DNA of 64,000 bases from Raja brachyura. Its lineage: Eukaryota. Of this stretch, positions 1-12,845 are shown one piece after another. The DNA is taken from the NCBI GenBank assembly GCA_963514005.1, contig OY740809.1, positions 28,830,001-28,894,000 of the forward strand, given 5' to 3'. Below the pieces are notes generated by a model, which had not been told where the DNA came from, ran no database searches, and saw only the letters and a list, made by a program, of their open reading frames with translations. The stretch's first letter is position 1; the number at the start of each line of letters is the position of its first letter. The translations under genes and the position numbers were made by a program.

Positions 1-56
1 AGGACCCTCATGAAGGGCTACATTTCCACCAGCCCTTGATCCTACTGCACCCATCT

Positions 57-195
57 CCAGGTCTGACGAAGGGGTCCCAACCCGAAACGTCACCTATCCA
101 TCTTCTCCAAAGATGCTGCCTGACCCGCTGAGTTTCTCTATAACTTTGTGCCTCTCTTTGGTAAACCGCCATCTACAGTTCTCAGTTATTGCAGG
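57..195 (+). mobile_element. Short Penelope-derived element with minimal hammerhead ribozyme core
   Basis: AGGT-CTGACGA-AGGGGTCCCAACCC-GAAACGTC-ACCT (helix I AGGT/ACCT), followed by the family tail GATGCTGCCTGACCCGCTGAGTT...; same family as the terminal repeat after the GIY-YIG ORF at 35761. Confidence 0.75.
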
Positions 196-310
196 TTCCC
201 ATCATTGGTGAAGATCACTTTACAGCATCTCTAGACCTGGACCATTCCTGAAGACCCATTCCCCATTTCCCATCTGTTGCCCAGCCTCATGCCAACCTCA
301 ACAACATCTT

Positions 311-447
311 CAGACTCTGAAGACGGGTCGCGACCCGAAACGTCAACCATTCCCTCCCACCAGAGATGCTGCCTGTGCCGCAGAGTTACCCCAGCATTTC
401 GTGTCAATCTTCAGTGTAAACCAGCATCTGGAGTTCCTTCCTAAACA
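311..447 (+). mobile_element. Short Penelope-derived hammerhead element
   Basis: CTGAAGA-C-GGGTCGCGACCC-GAAACGTC at 317-344 plus family tail. Confidence 0.75.
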
Positions 448-528
448 TAACTCCAATCTTTGTTTCTGACTGCTAGTCTCCATCCATACAATGGAGTATC
501 CTGAGTTCTAGGTGGCCCCTGGTATCTG

Positions 529-812
529 AGTTCCAGAACCAGGGGCCACAGTTTAAGAATAAGGAGTAAGCCATTTAGAACAGAGAGTGGTGAGTCTGTG
601 GAATTCTCTGCCTCAGAGGGTGGTGGAGGCAGGTTCTCTGGATGCTTTCAAGAGAGAGCTAGATAGGGCTCTTAAAAATAGTGGAGTCAGGGGATATGGG
701 GAGAAGACAGGAACGGGGTACTGATTGGGGATGATCAGCCATGATCACATTGGATGGCTCAAAGGGACGAATGGCCTACTCCTGCACCTATTGTCTATTG
801 TCTATTGTCTAT
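529..812 (+). mobile_element. CR1 LINE 3' fragment
   Basis: ORF2 end motifs (RTRGHSL, LWNSLP), 3'UTR and (TATTGTC)n tail. Confidence 0.85.
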
Positions 813-1757
813 AGATGGCACATTTTCCATTTTAGAAAGGTACAATTTCTGTAGTGCCCATTTAACACGCCTATGGTTGTATTACAATTTCTACACTAAT
901 GCCTGATCTTTATCGCACTGTCTGATGAAAATTGGCACCTGCTTAGACGTTAGTAACTCTACAGTACATTGGGATGCCATGAATGACACTGTAAAAATGC
1001 TTGGCTTTTAAAATGAAAATAAAGTACAGAGTTCTCGCTAGCTTACCTTCCGTGAGCGGGACACATTTTCCAAATGATGTGGAGTTCTGCCATCTTTTTA
1101 AGTGTCACAAAATTAAAGGGCCAACACTATGATTTTCCACGTACAATGGCTTTCACCAAAAGCGAAAGGCAGATGCTGGGAATGGTTAGAGTCAGGGCTA
1201 AAGTTACGCTTCGGGTTCATCTTTGTTAGCTCCCCAAAACAAAGATTGTCCGGCACTTTTGAGATACAAATATTCCTTGCCACTTACCAGCCCATGCCTG
1301 AATGTTTACTTGGTCTTCTGCACATCTCATATCATTTATTTTCCATTCCTCTATTTGCTTCCCGTTTAACTCTACTCGGGCAGAGAGTGTATTTTGCCAG
1401 TGTCGCATTGTATAAAATGTTTAAATGTTAGGACAATTATTAATCATGCCCTGTCAGGTCCTTCCCGTTGCATGTCAAGACAAATGTTTTGAACTTGCAG
1501 TTGAGTGAATGTTTAGCTCTCACTTAAAGGAGCAGAACACCCAAGTCTCTAATGTACAGAGGGTGATGAGATGAGGATTTGCTCTCCCAAACATTTCTGC
1601 AGCATTATTAAAATGACATTTAGAATTGTACTAGAAGTTTATATCTCATTAAGTGGCATTTTGTTATGTACCACTGAGCAAATCTGAATTTTAGCAAAGA
1701 GGTTATGGCTAAATCATAAGTGATCTGTAATATCTGTTGTATATTGAAGACTGTGTC

Positions 1758-2061
1758 TAGTTTACGTTAGAGATACAGCATGGAAACAGGCCCTTCGGTC
1801 CTCCGAGTCCACGTCAACCAGCGATCCCTGCACACTAACACTATTCTATACCTATCCTAGGAAGAATTTACAATTTTGCTAAAGCTAATTAGCCAAACCT
1901 GTACGGCTTTGGAGTGTGGGAGGAAACCGGAGCACCCGGTGAAAACCCACGTGGTCACAGGGAGAAGGTACAAACTCCGTACAGACAGCACAGTCAGGAT
2001 CGAACCCTGGTCTCTGGTGGTGGGCAGGTTAGGCAGCAACTCTACCGCTGCGCCACCGTGC
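1758..2061 (-). mobile_element. tRNA-derived V-SINE (HE1-type), near full length
   Basis: Minus strand reads CACGGTGGCGCAGCGGTAGAGTTGCTGCC (A box), GGTTCGATCC (B box), V-domain GGAGTTTGTAC...GGTTTCCTCCCACAC and a CR1-like tail. Confidence 0.85.
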
Positions 2062-2147
2062 TGTTTCATCTTTCAATCGCAATGTTCTTTTTACATTTCA
2101 GTGTTCAATCTTTTAAATCTTGAAAACCTCACCAAAAACAAAATGGT

Positions 2148-3190
2148 AGAGGTTTATGGAAAGAGTTTTAAAGGAGATTTGAGGGAAAAGGTGTTTTACG
2201 CAGAGACTGGTTGATATCTGCAACTTGCTGCCAGACGAGGTGGTGAGATTGAAGCAGTCGTTTAAATAGAAAGACACATAAGGATATGAACCTATTGTCC
2301 TGGGATAAGTGTAGATCGGTAAAACAGTTGGCATGGATACGGTGGGCCAACAGGCCCTTTTCTGGGCTGTACAAATGTATGACTCTGTCACTATGAGAAG
2401 TCCTAAAAGAGCAGTGAAAGGACAATAAAACGCTCTTGACTCTTGACATCTCCTCACAAACCCCACACCACCTGTCCATCCCATCTGCCACCTCTTGTCC
2501 TTTGAGGAATCAACGTTTTCCCATATTGGCCGCCTCAGAGCCCAGAAATCCAGAGAGGGTGCAGATTATTCTTGTTCTCAAGGGACTGCCTAAGCAGACA
2601 AAAAAAAAAAATCAGCCCACACTCAGTTCTCAGCACTGCAGTCGATTTAAACTGTGAAATGGTGACACCAAGCTGTCAACTTTCTGATCCCTCCCTCATG
2701 AAAGTTATATCTATGCAGAAATATTTAACCAAAGTTTGAGAAAGCAATATTTAATGACAATTAACTCTTGCACCAGGTCTGATATAAAAAGGGCCTTGGC
2801 TATTTCTCTGCTCGCCGGAAGTTGAGAGGAGACTTGATAGAAGTGTATATAATTCTGACAAGCAGAGATGGGGTTGACAGTCAGAACCTTTTTCCCAGTA
2901 ATTGAAATATCAAATACTAGAGGGCACAGCTTTAAGGTGAGAGGGGTAAAATTTCAGGGAGATGTGTGGGGTACGTTTTCTACACAGACAGTGGTGAGTA
3001 TCTGGAGGGTGGAGGTGGACACAGACCCAATAGTGGTGTTTAAGAGACACTTAGATAGTCACATGGATATGCACAAAATGGAGGGATGTGGATTACTGTA
3101 TGTACAGGCAGAGAAAAGTTGGCTTTGTCATCATGTTCAGCACAGACATTGTGGGCTGAAGGGCCTGGTCCTACGCTGTACTGTTATACG
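2148..3190 (+). mobile_element. Two CR1 3' fragments (2148-2392, 2790-3190)
   Basis: Degenerate ORF2 end (NTRGHSFKVRG) and GGGCCGAAGGGCCTG-type 3'UTR. Confidence 0.8.
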
Positions 3191-3594
3191 TTGCCTCACT
3201 GAATCCTGTATTATGCATGGAAAGACTTGGAGAATAACATTCGCAGGGTCGGGGATGGGGGATGGGGTGTTTCAGATGGTGAGTGGTTTGTGTGCTCATA
3301 AACATGAAGTTACGGCTGACTTCACAGTGTAGATGTCTGGGGATGAGACTTGACTCGTGGCATCCTGAGTAAATGTACTGCCTTGGAATTGGCTCAGCTC
3401 AGATTCCCCGGCTGCTTTTTAGTTCAAATGCAATTCTACAGCTTTGCGTAATCCCTCCAGGATTATCTAAGGATCTTAGGAATCGATCTCCAGGGCAACC
3501 CTGGAGGAAAATTATTGCCTTTCTCTTTTATTTACAGAAGAACCTTGAAGACAAGGGATGAACTGTTTGACTGACTGAAAAATCATCCAAAACT

Positions 3595-4072
3595 AAAACA
3601 CAAAGTGCTGGAGTGACTCAACAGGTCGGGCAGCATCTCTGGAAAACATGGATAGGTTACGTTTCGGGTCGGGGCACTTTTTCAGAAGTCAGATCTTATT
3701 CGTAATTTTGTACAAGAAGTGGATGCAGTAACAGTCTGAGTTCATATGTAACCAAAACTTTGCATGTGTGGGAGTTTACAGTTGTTATACTTTGCGTGCT
3801 TAACAGTATTTTCAATAGCTACATTCCCAAAGTCATTTTTTATTTGGATCTACTTTACAATTATTTCAAAGATTAATTATATTCTGCATTACGCAATAAC
3901 TGATCTTCAAAGGTACTCCATTGTCTTCTTCAGAAGAAGAAGGTCTGAAGAAGGATCCCAACCTGAAACGTCATCTACCCATGTCTTCCAGGGAAGCTGC
4001 CCAACCTGCTGAGTTACTCCAGTACTTTGTGAGCTTTTCTGGAAACCAGCATCTGCAGTTCATTGCGTCTAC
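3595..4072. mobile_element. Two Penelope-derived hammerhead elements (3595-3690 minus, 3941-4072 plus)
   Basis: AGGT-CTGAAGA-AGGATCCCAACCT-GAAACGTC-ATCT at 3941 and a degenerate reverse copy. Confidence 0.7.
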
Positions 4073-4889
4073 ATTGAAAATCACCCAATCAGTATGTATT
4101 AGTTCAGATATATCAAGGTAGGGTGATCACGACACTAGGAATCAGTGTGGAGGTGGATTGTTGGAGGCTGAGCATTATGAGATGAAACCTCCAGGGAAAT
4201 ATTCAAGCAGAAGTGGCAATATAAATCTAATGTTCCTCAGTGTGCGGAATAACCTGTGTTCAATTCCGTATAACTGAAAGGGGAAAACTTAAATAGCATG
4301 TGTAGGAGCAGGACGATTTCTATTTCTGGAGAAGATATATTTAAAAATGAGTCAGAAGCACACTTTGTTTTGTGGTAATTTCCTTCCTGATGCAGAATAA
4401 AATGACAAGTTTATGAAGAATCAAAAATATTATTGTGCCACAGAAAGTGGTCCTTGTGCCCATTGAATCTTTACTGGCTTTTAGTAGAGTAATCTCATCT
4501 ATTTCATCCCCGTGCTCATTCCCCACTTGCCCTGCAAATTATCCCCTCTCAATTAACTATTCACTTCATTTTGAAAAGTCTATTTTGTGCTGTTTTCTCC
4601 ACCTTGAAAGGCAGAGTTCCAGGCCAAAATGTGAAACGGATTTTCCTCAACTCTCCCTTGAATCGTTTCTCCCTCGTCCTCGAACCATCTGTTATTGGGT
4701 ACATGGAACACTACCTCACTGGAGCAGTCCCCTCAGCCCACAATGTCCATGTGGAACATGTTGCCAAGTTAAACCAAGGTTTATTTGCCAAGGTTTGTTT
4801 ACGTGACTAAACTGGTCACAATCTGCACCGCTCCTTTCAACCTTCTTTGTTTTAAAGAAAACAGCCATAGTTTATCCAATCACTAACAG

Positions 4890-5515
4890 ATGCAGATCAC
4901 TAACAGTCTGACCTGGTCAAATAACATCCCATCAACAGTTAAGAGAGCGCAGCAGCGGTTGCACTTTCTGCGCCGGATGAGAAGAGCTCACCTCACCCAT
5001 CCCATCCTCACCACTTTCTACAGGGGCACCATAGAGAGTATTTTGACCAGCTGTATCTCTGTCTGGTTTGGGGACTGTAAAGCCTCTGACTGGAAGTCCG
5101 TGCCGAGAGTGGTGAGGACAGCGGAAAAAATCATCGGGACCTCTCTCCCCTCAATCGGGGATATTGCGACCAAACGTTGCGTGTCTAAGGCCAGCAGTAT
5201 TATAAAAGATCCCACACATCTCCATCACGGACTGTTCACTCTGCTGCCCTCGGGCAAAAGATATCGTCGCATAAGGAGCAGAACATCAAGGTTCTGCAAC
5301 AGCTTCTTCCCACAAGCCATCAGACTCCTGAATGCCATGTAATGGGCTGCCACTATTGTCTATTTATCCTTTTATCCTTTTTATCCATTTTATCCATGTT
5401 TATCCTTCTGTTAATTATCGTGTTGCACAGGGAGCCAAATGCAACTGAATTTTGTTTGGAACTGCATATATCGATGTATTTCTAAATGACACTAAAGTTT
5501 GTTTGACTTTTGACA
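4890..5515 (+). mobile_element. 5'-truncated Rex1/Babar-clade LINE with open C-terminal ORF (DUF1891-like, 4890-5342)
   Basis: LTWSNN..VKRAQQRLHFLRRM..LTTFYRGTIESILTSCISVWFG..LLPSGKRYR..NSFFPQAIRLLN is the typical post-RT region of this clade; followed by a 3'UTR with (TTTATCC)n. Confidence 0.85.
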
Positions 5516-5659
5516 ATCTTACTCTGAAGCTGAAATTCCTTATCCCACGCTGACCAGGAGGAGGATCTGCACCACAGCACTGAGGTAACTCATGGACCAT
5601 AGTCAGGTGCAGAACAATTCATTCCAATGAATCATTATTCCAAAAAACATATGCCTTCA

Positions 5660-5885
5660 TTTGTTCTTTGTGTCTGTTCATACCTCTGGTTTCCCTCTCC
5701 CCTGACTCCCGGTCTGAAGAAGGGTCTGGACCCGGAACATCACCCATTCCTTTTATCCAGAGATGCTGCCTGATCCGCTGAGTTACACCAGCATTTTGTG
5801 CCTATCTTCAGTGAAAACCAGCATCTGCAGTTCCTTCCTACACAGATGTTGCCTGGCCTGCTGAGTTCCTCCAGCACTTTGTGTT
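5660..5885 (+). mobile_element. Penelope 3'UTR fragment plus hammerhead terminal repeat
   Basis: GGTCTGAAGAAGGGTCTGGACCCGGAACATCACCC (core mutated) plus family tail. Confidence 0.7.
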
Positions 5886-6509
5886 TTTTTTTTCTCTTTC
5901 ATTACTTTAGTTCATTGGCAAGCCCTCTAACAGCCAATGGGAGACCATTTGAAGGTCAGTCACTGTGGTGCAGAATATAATTTAACCTTGAAGTACTTCT
6001 AAAGGAGATCTAAATACAAATGTCTTTGGGTATACAGCTATTAAAAATATTGTTCATCAGGCAAAGTACAACTGTAGGCACCCACACATGCAACATTTGC
6101 ATTACATGTGACCGTAAGCTTTTACTGCATCCATGTTGAGTACAAAATGAACAATAAGACCCAACCATTGAAAATTGTTCAAATCCACTGATAGCTTTCC
6201 CAGAATAAGCCATTTATAGAAATACAATTTGGAATGGTTTCAAGTTAAATTATTCCACTAATGGATGAAGATTTCACTGATAATGTAGGGCATATTAATG
6301 AGATTGACCTAATTATTTCATAATTTTAGAAAAATAAGTAGGTCAGAGCACTTTATAAGCAATTAATTATTTTTTTTAAATCAATCTCAATGTTATCCTA
6401 CTGGTAAACACAATGGCTAGAATCCCACAGACATCACATTATTGGAGGATCACTGGTTGGGTCTGAACCCTGGGTCCTAATTCATTGTCCGCCTAAGACA
6501 AGAAGAGAT

Positions 6510-6632
6510 CTCTTTTTAAACATCTCACCTAAAGGGCAATATTCGCTGTTGCCCCTTGGTCTCATACTGAGGTGTCAGCAAAGATTGTTGGCTCATATCC
6601 TAAAGTGAGACTTGAACCCAAAATTCCTGATG
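6510..6632 (-). mobile_element. Old DeuSINE (SacSINE1-like) 5' fragment
   Basis: Minus strand GGGTTCAAGTCTCAC...GCTGACACCTCAGT...GTGAGATGTTTAAA resembles recalled SacSINE1 consensus. Confidence 0.5.
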
Positions 6633-6636
6633 AATC

Positions 6637-7290
6637 GGACACAAAGTGCTGGAGCAACTCAGCAGGTCAGGCAGCATCTCTGGAGAACTGGGATAGGTGT
6701 TGTTTCGGGTTAAGACCCTTCTTCAGACTGAAGGAGTGTCCCAGACCGAAACATCACCTATCCATGTTCTCCAGAGATGCTGCATGCGTTACTCCTTGTT
6801 TACTGCATGGGATGCAGTAAAAGCCTGCGATCACATGGCGAGCGGGCCTGAACATCGGGCTGCCCGGGGGCGACAGCGGGGGTTTGGGAGACCCCCGACC
6901 ACGGGAGGACAACAGAGGAGGATGACTGAATTTTGGAGCCTTCCCTCACGGTGGGAAACTTTGATCCCGCTCTGTGGGGATGTCTGTGTTAAGACTTTGT
7001 GTTCTGTGCTCTTTATTACTCTTATGGTGATGTGGTGACCACACATTTCACTGTACCAACTGGTACTGTGGCTAATAAATGTATGTTGTATCTTGTATCA
7101 TGTATCTTGTATCTTGTATCTTGTATCCAGCACTTCATGACCTTTTGTGTATTAACCAGCTTTTGCAGTTCTTGGTTTCCACATCCCTGATGAAGAAGAA
7201 CCTCTCGAAAGAAAGGTCCCAACCTGAAATGGCACCTCCCCATTCCCTCCCCAGATGCTTCCTGACCCATAAGGTTCCTCCAGCAGTTTA
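6637..7290. mobile_element. Inverted pair of hammerhead elements interrupted by a GC-rich SINE-like insert (6793-7125) with Rex1-type tail
   Basis: Family sequence breaks at TTACTCC and resumes at TCCAGCAC (7126); insert ends ATTTCACTGTACC..AATAAA (TCTTGTA)n. Confidence 0.7.
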
Positions 7291-8286
7291 TCCCAAGTGA
7301 AGTGTTGACAAATCGTAACAGCTGAGGAACCTGATGTATATTGAGACAAGGGAAATATTTTCCATCAAAGAATTTTACGTGGAAATATATTAGCAGTGAA
7401 AACACGAGAGACAAAGGGACTATTGCAGTGATGGGCTAATTGATAAGCGGAGAACGTGAATTTAAGGTGATTATCAAAAAAAATCAGCAGGAGTCAGTCA
7501 CAGAGTCACACAGCCCTTCAGCCCAACTTGCCCACACCAACCAACATGCCCCATCTACACTAGTCCCACCTGCCTGCGTTTGGCCCATGCCCCTCTAAAC
7601 CTGCCCCATCCAAGTACAAGTCTAATTGTTTCTTAAACGTTGCGATAGTTCCTGCCTCAAAATATTTGTTTTAACCTAACAAATGATTGTGATTTGCAAA
7701 GCACTGCATTAGAGTGGAAGCAGACACAACAGTAGCTTTGAAACAGCAATGGCCGTACATGTAACTAGGATTACAAGGAAAACAGGACTATCTATCACTT
7801 CCACACAATGGGCCAGATTGATTCCTTCACTGCTTCATTATCTCATGATTCCAAAAGAAATTATCTAAATTGACACATACAGAAGTCAAAAGAAATTGAT
7901 TAATATTGATGTTGAGCAATGCATTCAGAGAAATCTATTGCCTGAGTGGTGAAATTCTCAAACCAAGCGAGATTATCAATATCATCACGGGCGGCACAGT
8001 TGCGCAGCGGTAGAGTTGCTGCCTGACAGCGCTATCCAAATTTACCATGCATAAATATAATCAAGACAAACTCAAGTTTAATAGATAGAGCAAAGGGTCA
8101 GACACTGAGTGCAGAGGGTTTTCAGCATTGTAATGCATTGGTTCCACAGATAAAATCCAATGTCCACACAATGGGGTGGAGGAGAATTGAACAGTACCCT
8201 AGCTGTGATAATATCCCTTCCCTTGTTTGAGGGGTGGCCAAGGGACTCTAACACTCAATGCCCAGCAGCGGACTCTAACCAAACAT

Positions 8287-8765
8287 TTTTTTTCTGAAAA
8301 TAATGTTTATTCAGAATAATAAAAATATTCAAAACAAGAACAGAGCAAAAACACTTTTGGTATTCTCAACGGTTATACATACATTCATTAGTGTTATATT
8401 TGGTAGTATTCACAAAATTATCATTATACCAGGTGCCTTTGCCACTCATGTGGTCCCTGGGGCGATATCCCTTCCCTTGTTTGAGGGGTGTCTCCACCAC
8501 ACTCCCCCCCCGCCCCCCCCCCCCCACCACCAATGTCCAGCAGTGTAAGGACCCTAGACTGTGGTCCTCTCCCACAGAGCCTTGGCGTTGGTTGCACTGG
8601 GTTTCAGTGCGTCCCTCAGCACGCACTCTTGCAGTCTGGAGCGGGCCAGTCGGCAACGTTCCCCGACGGATTTCTCACTCTGCTGGGAGATCGACGTTTT
8701 GAGCAGACCACAGAGCATCCTGCACCAAGTTGATAACATTCCAGCAGCACTTGGACCCTAACCAA
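8287..8765 (-). mobile_element. L1/Tx1-clade LINE 3' end
   Basis: Minus strand CCWNVINLVQDALWSA / ERCRLARSRLQECVLRDALK..AKALWERTTV* (frameshifted), then AATAAA and A-tail at ~8287-8311; part of the 3'UTR is duplicated at 8210-8280. Confidence 0.7.
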
Positions 8766-9469
8766 GTCATCTTTGATTTGAACGTACAGTCAAACAGGCT
8801 GAAATAATTGAATGGCTCCTGCCTGTTCCTATGTTTCTTTGCTTGTAATGGTTAAGCAAGACAGAGGAAAGCAATTTCAATGAGTGATACTGTAATCCTT
8901 GATAAGGTGATGTAGATTCAACAATGGTAGTGGGCTCCATTTCAAACTTGACCTTGGGTAATAGTTCTGTGCTGTGGAAATGATTCACAAATTAATCTGG
9001 ACACCTCAGATGTGCTTTTCCCCAATTAAGTGTTTCGCCAAACATTGCTTCGAAGTAAATTAGTGACTGCTACATACAAGAGATACACTGAAAAATATGT
9101 GACCATGTCAGTGATTTAATTAAGAACAAATTCCATAATTGTTAAGGCTCCATAATAATTAGTGACCTAGATATCCTAGATAAACCTACAGAGACAAAAT
9201 TAGTTAAAGAGCAGGGCATATTAATGGTGAAGTTTACTCATAGATGTGGCTAAGAGCAGCTTATTAAATTTCCCAATCCGATGAAGATCGTTTTTTTCCA
9301 GGGATAAATGGGTGCAATTAAACATCACCCATGACTTTCACATTTACATAAGCAGCAAAAGAATAGAAATGAATAGATGAACCGGAGTGTCTTGTTTAAT
9401 AAATCTACGTTGATTCTGACCACGCCAGAACTGCTCTGCAGAAACATACATTGTAAGCAGCACTCTATT

Positions 9470-10145
9470 AGAACAAAGGGATCTCATAGATACATAGGTA
9501 CATAGATCCCTGAAAGTGGCATCTCAGGCAGATAGGGTGGTAAAGAAGACATTCGGTACATAGGCCTTCGTCAGTCAAAGTAATAAGTACTGAAGTTGGG
9601 AGGTTATGTTACAGGTGTACAAGGCTTTGATACGGCTGCATTCGGAGTATTGCATTCAGCTTTGCTCACCCAGCTACAGAAAGGTATCATTAAGCTGGAG
9701 AGGGAAGATTTACGAGAATGTTAGCCAAGCTAAGACTTTATTTCCTGGAGCACAGGAGAGTAAAGGGTGATTTTATAGAGGCGTATAAAATCATGAGGGG
9801 AATTGATAGGGTGAATGCACAGTGTTTTACCAAGGAGAGGAGAATCAAGAACCAGAGGACATAGGTTTAAGGTAAGATGGGAAAAATTAAAGAAGAACCT
9901 GAGGGGCAACGTTTTCACTCAGAAGATGTTGGGGACATGAAACAAGCTGCCAGAGGAGGCAAGTTCTTCTTTCGTGTGGCGTGCACAGCCTAAAGTTGTT
10001 GGACAACTTGTTCTATTTGATCTTCCGTTTGTGTCGAGTTGATTGCATTAGTCGAAACAGGAAGGTTGCAATCTTCCACCCCGTTGAGGCAGATACAATA
10101 ACAACATTTAAATGACACTTGGACTGGTAAATGGGCAGGAAAGGT
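9470..10145 (+). mobile_element. CR1 LINE ORF2 3' fragment interrupted at 9962-10082
   Basis: Degenerate EYC.Q..SP.YRK and RTRGHRFKVR motifs. Confidence 0.8.
9962..10082 (-). mobile_element. Short (AAG)n-tailed retroposon with HDV-like 5' end, copy with internal deletion
   Basis: Reverse complement aligns end to end with 46895-47031; inserted in CR1 with GTT duplicated. Confidence 0.75.
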
Positions 10146-10872
10146 TTTTGTCATATGTCCCAAAACAGAACAATGAGATTCTTACTTGCAGCAGCAGCAG
10201 CACAATAAGTTGCAAACACAATACTCAATGGACATAAACAAATTGTATCTCGGTACTCGTGACAATAATAAACCAATCTTGATTACCAATGCCAGTAACA
10301 CCATGGAAGAATCTCCACCATAAGTGTTACCATAGTTCAAGAAGGCAGATTAGCCCATACTGCCTGTGTGAGATGGAAATGGTCATTGTTCTTTGAACGA
10401 AAATCTGAGAGAACAGACTTCAGACTTGGAGCCACCAAACAGCAGGAATTAGTGGACGAAAAACCGCCCAGATAATTTCAAATCGGAAAACGATTTCACT
10501 TTTTTTTCCAGCTTTAGAATAATGTGGCAAGCAAATTAAAGATGACAGTCTTTTGCACAAATACCGCACCACTGATTGCAGGTCAGATGCGATTCAATTA
10601 GCTGCTTATTCTGAGTTGATTTTCCACAACATTGAATGCAGGGATCTAAGATCACAGATAGTTTTAGGGTGAAGAGGGAAAATAATTGAACGATGGAGGC
10701 TGGATATAATTAGGGTGTAAATTCAACGCTGCAGATTCTACTATTATTTTTATATCTTTTGTTACATATTTCCTTTTGGTATGGGGGCTTGGAAAACATT
10801 CAGATGGCAGATACAAACAAATATCTTTAGATATCTTAAGATATACAGCTGGACATGAGAATTTTGCTGCAA

Positions 10873-11162
10873 TGGCACGGTGGCGCAGCGGTAGATTTGC
10901 TGCCTCACAGAGCCAGAGACCCGGGGTCAGTCCTGACGATGGGTGCTATCTGCATGGAGTTTGTACATTTTCTCCATGACCGGCGCGGGTTTTCTCCGGG
11001 TGCTCCGGTATTCCAGCACTATCCAAAGACGCGCAGGACTGTAGGCGAATTAGCTTGTTAAAATTGTCCCTCATGTGTGTAGGATGTGGTTAGTATGAGG
11101 GGGTCACTGTTCGACGTGGACTAAAGGGCATGTTTCTGCACTGTATCTCTAAACTAAACTCA
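10873..11162 (+). mobile_element. V-SINE (HE1-type)
   Basis: GGCACGGTGGCGCAGCGGTAGA head, V-domain, CTGTATCTCTAAACTAAAC tail. Confidence 0.85.
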
Positions 11163-11855
11163 ACATGTAGATTCCAGCACAATGTGATTGGATTCTACAA
11201 AATAATGAAGAGGCTTCATCGCTCGCACATTGATAAATTATTGCTATGGAAGCCGTTGTGTGGTCGTGCATTTACATAATGCAAGAGGCCAATCGGGTTG
11301 GATGTTGGGAAGTTGATGATGGGATTTCCTGGTTGGGACATTAACAACCAGGTACGATGGTCTCACAGTATTTGCTCATCCACCTGTACATGGAGGAGGC
11401 AATATTTCTTCACCCAAGATGGCCGTGGATATCAAGAGACCAAAGGGACATGGGGTGAGTTAAAAAAGCATTGCTGAGGAATGAAATCTGCCATGATCCT
11501 ATTAAAGGGCAGAGGAGGCATAATGGACAAACGGCCGACTCCAGCATTTATTTTGAGGGTTCTTCTGTTCTCTGTAACTTGTTCTACAGGAACAATTCTC
11601 CAGCATCAATAAGCTCCTCTAATTCTGGCATCTTGCAATCTCCGCTTTCACCTTTCCATACCTGGTGCCAGGGCTTTCAGTTGTCAAAGCTCCAAGCTCT
11701 AGAATGTATTCTCTAGTTCTCTGCACCACCTCTTTAGTCGTTTATGATGGTATTTGTAACCAACCAGTTTCCCCAAACATTTGGTCATTTGCCCCAGGAT
11801 TCCTTAAGTGGACTGTTGCCACATTCACTTGCAGAACAGTGTGGAATATTTTATT

Positions 11856-12845
11856 AGTTTAGTTGAGTTAGGTTTGGGGATTCAGCATGGAAACAGGCCC
11901 TTCAGCCCACCAAGTCCACGTTGACCAGTCATCCCCCCCCCCGTACACTAACACTATCCTACATGCAACAGGGAAAATTTACAGTTATACCAAGCCAATT
12001 AACCTACAAACCTGTTCATCTTTGGAGTGTGAGAGCAAACCGGAGATCCCAGAGAAAACAAACGCAGGTCACGGGGAGAAAGTAAAAACTCCGTACAGAA
12101 AAGTACACGTATTGAGGATCGAACCCGGGTCTCTTGCGCTGTAAGGCAGCAACTCTACCGCTGCGCCACCGGGCCATCAAGCCTGTGCAAGACAAATGAA
12201 AGTTGTGGTTGAATGTGCGCGAGGGATGGAGGTCTGCCAATAAAAGCACTCATCAAGTGAATGAGCCAGGCATTTAATTCTGGGTTTAAGTAGCAAGACA
12301 AGCAAACAGCAGGAGGTGGTGGTTGTGCTTGTAGACATGGAGCTGGAGAAAATGCCGCCAAGACCCAAAGCCACTCACATTTCCATATGAATTTTGTCCA
12401 TTGGTATTCAATTCATATTGAACCACCCTACAATATCTGAAAATACATACACTGCCTGGATACATCATACTCCTAGAGAAACATTAAAAAAATGCGGACA
12501 CACTCCGAGGAAATCCCCTAAAGCACTAACAATGTCTGGAGCATCCCAGACCTGAAAAGTCACCTTTAGTTTTAACTTCATTAGAGATACAGCTCAGAAA
12601 CAGGCCCTTCGGCCCACCGAGTACGCACCAACCAGCGATCCCACACACATTAGCACTATCCTACACACACTGGGAACAATTTACATTTATGCCAAGCCAA
12701 TTAACATACAAACCTGTATGTCTTTGGAATCATGGGGAGAGCGTACAAACTCTGTACAGACAGCACCCGTAGTGAGGATCGAACCTGGCTCTCTGATGTT
12801 GTAAACGCTGTAAGGCAGCAACTCTACCGCTGCGCCATCGTGGCG
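11856..12845 (-). mobile_element. Two V-SINE copies (11856-12172, 12565-12845)
   Basis: CAACTCTACCGCTGCGCCA heads and GAAACAGGCCCTTC tails on + strand. Confidence 0.85.

Noticed and set aside
1047-1093. Minus-strand ATG..AAG|GTAAGC candidate exon (MAELHIIWKMCPAHG)
   Set aside because: Good Kozak and donor but no recognisable protein (resemblance to the B9D2 N-terminus stops after 7 residues) and no further support
4890-5342. 150-aa ORF as a host gene
   Set aside because: It is the C-terminal part of a Rex1/Babar LINE ORF, lacking the RT core
7989-8035. tRNA-like sequence (also at 10873, 45013, 51845)
   Set aside because: Heads of V-SINEs; no complete cloverleaf
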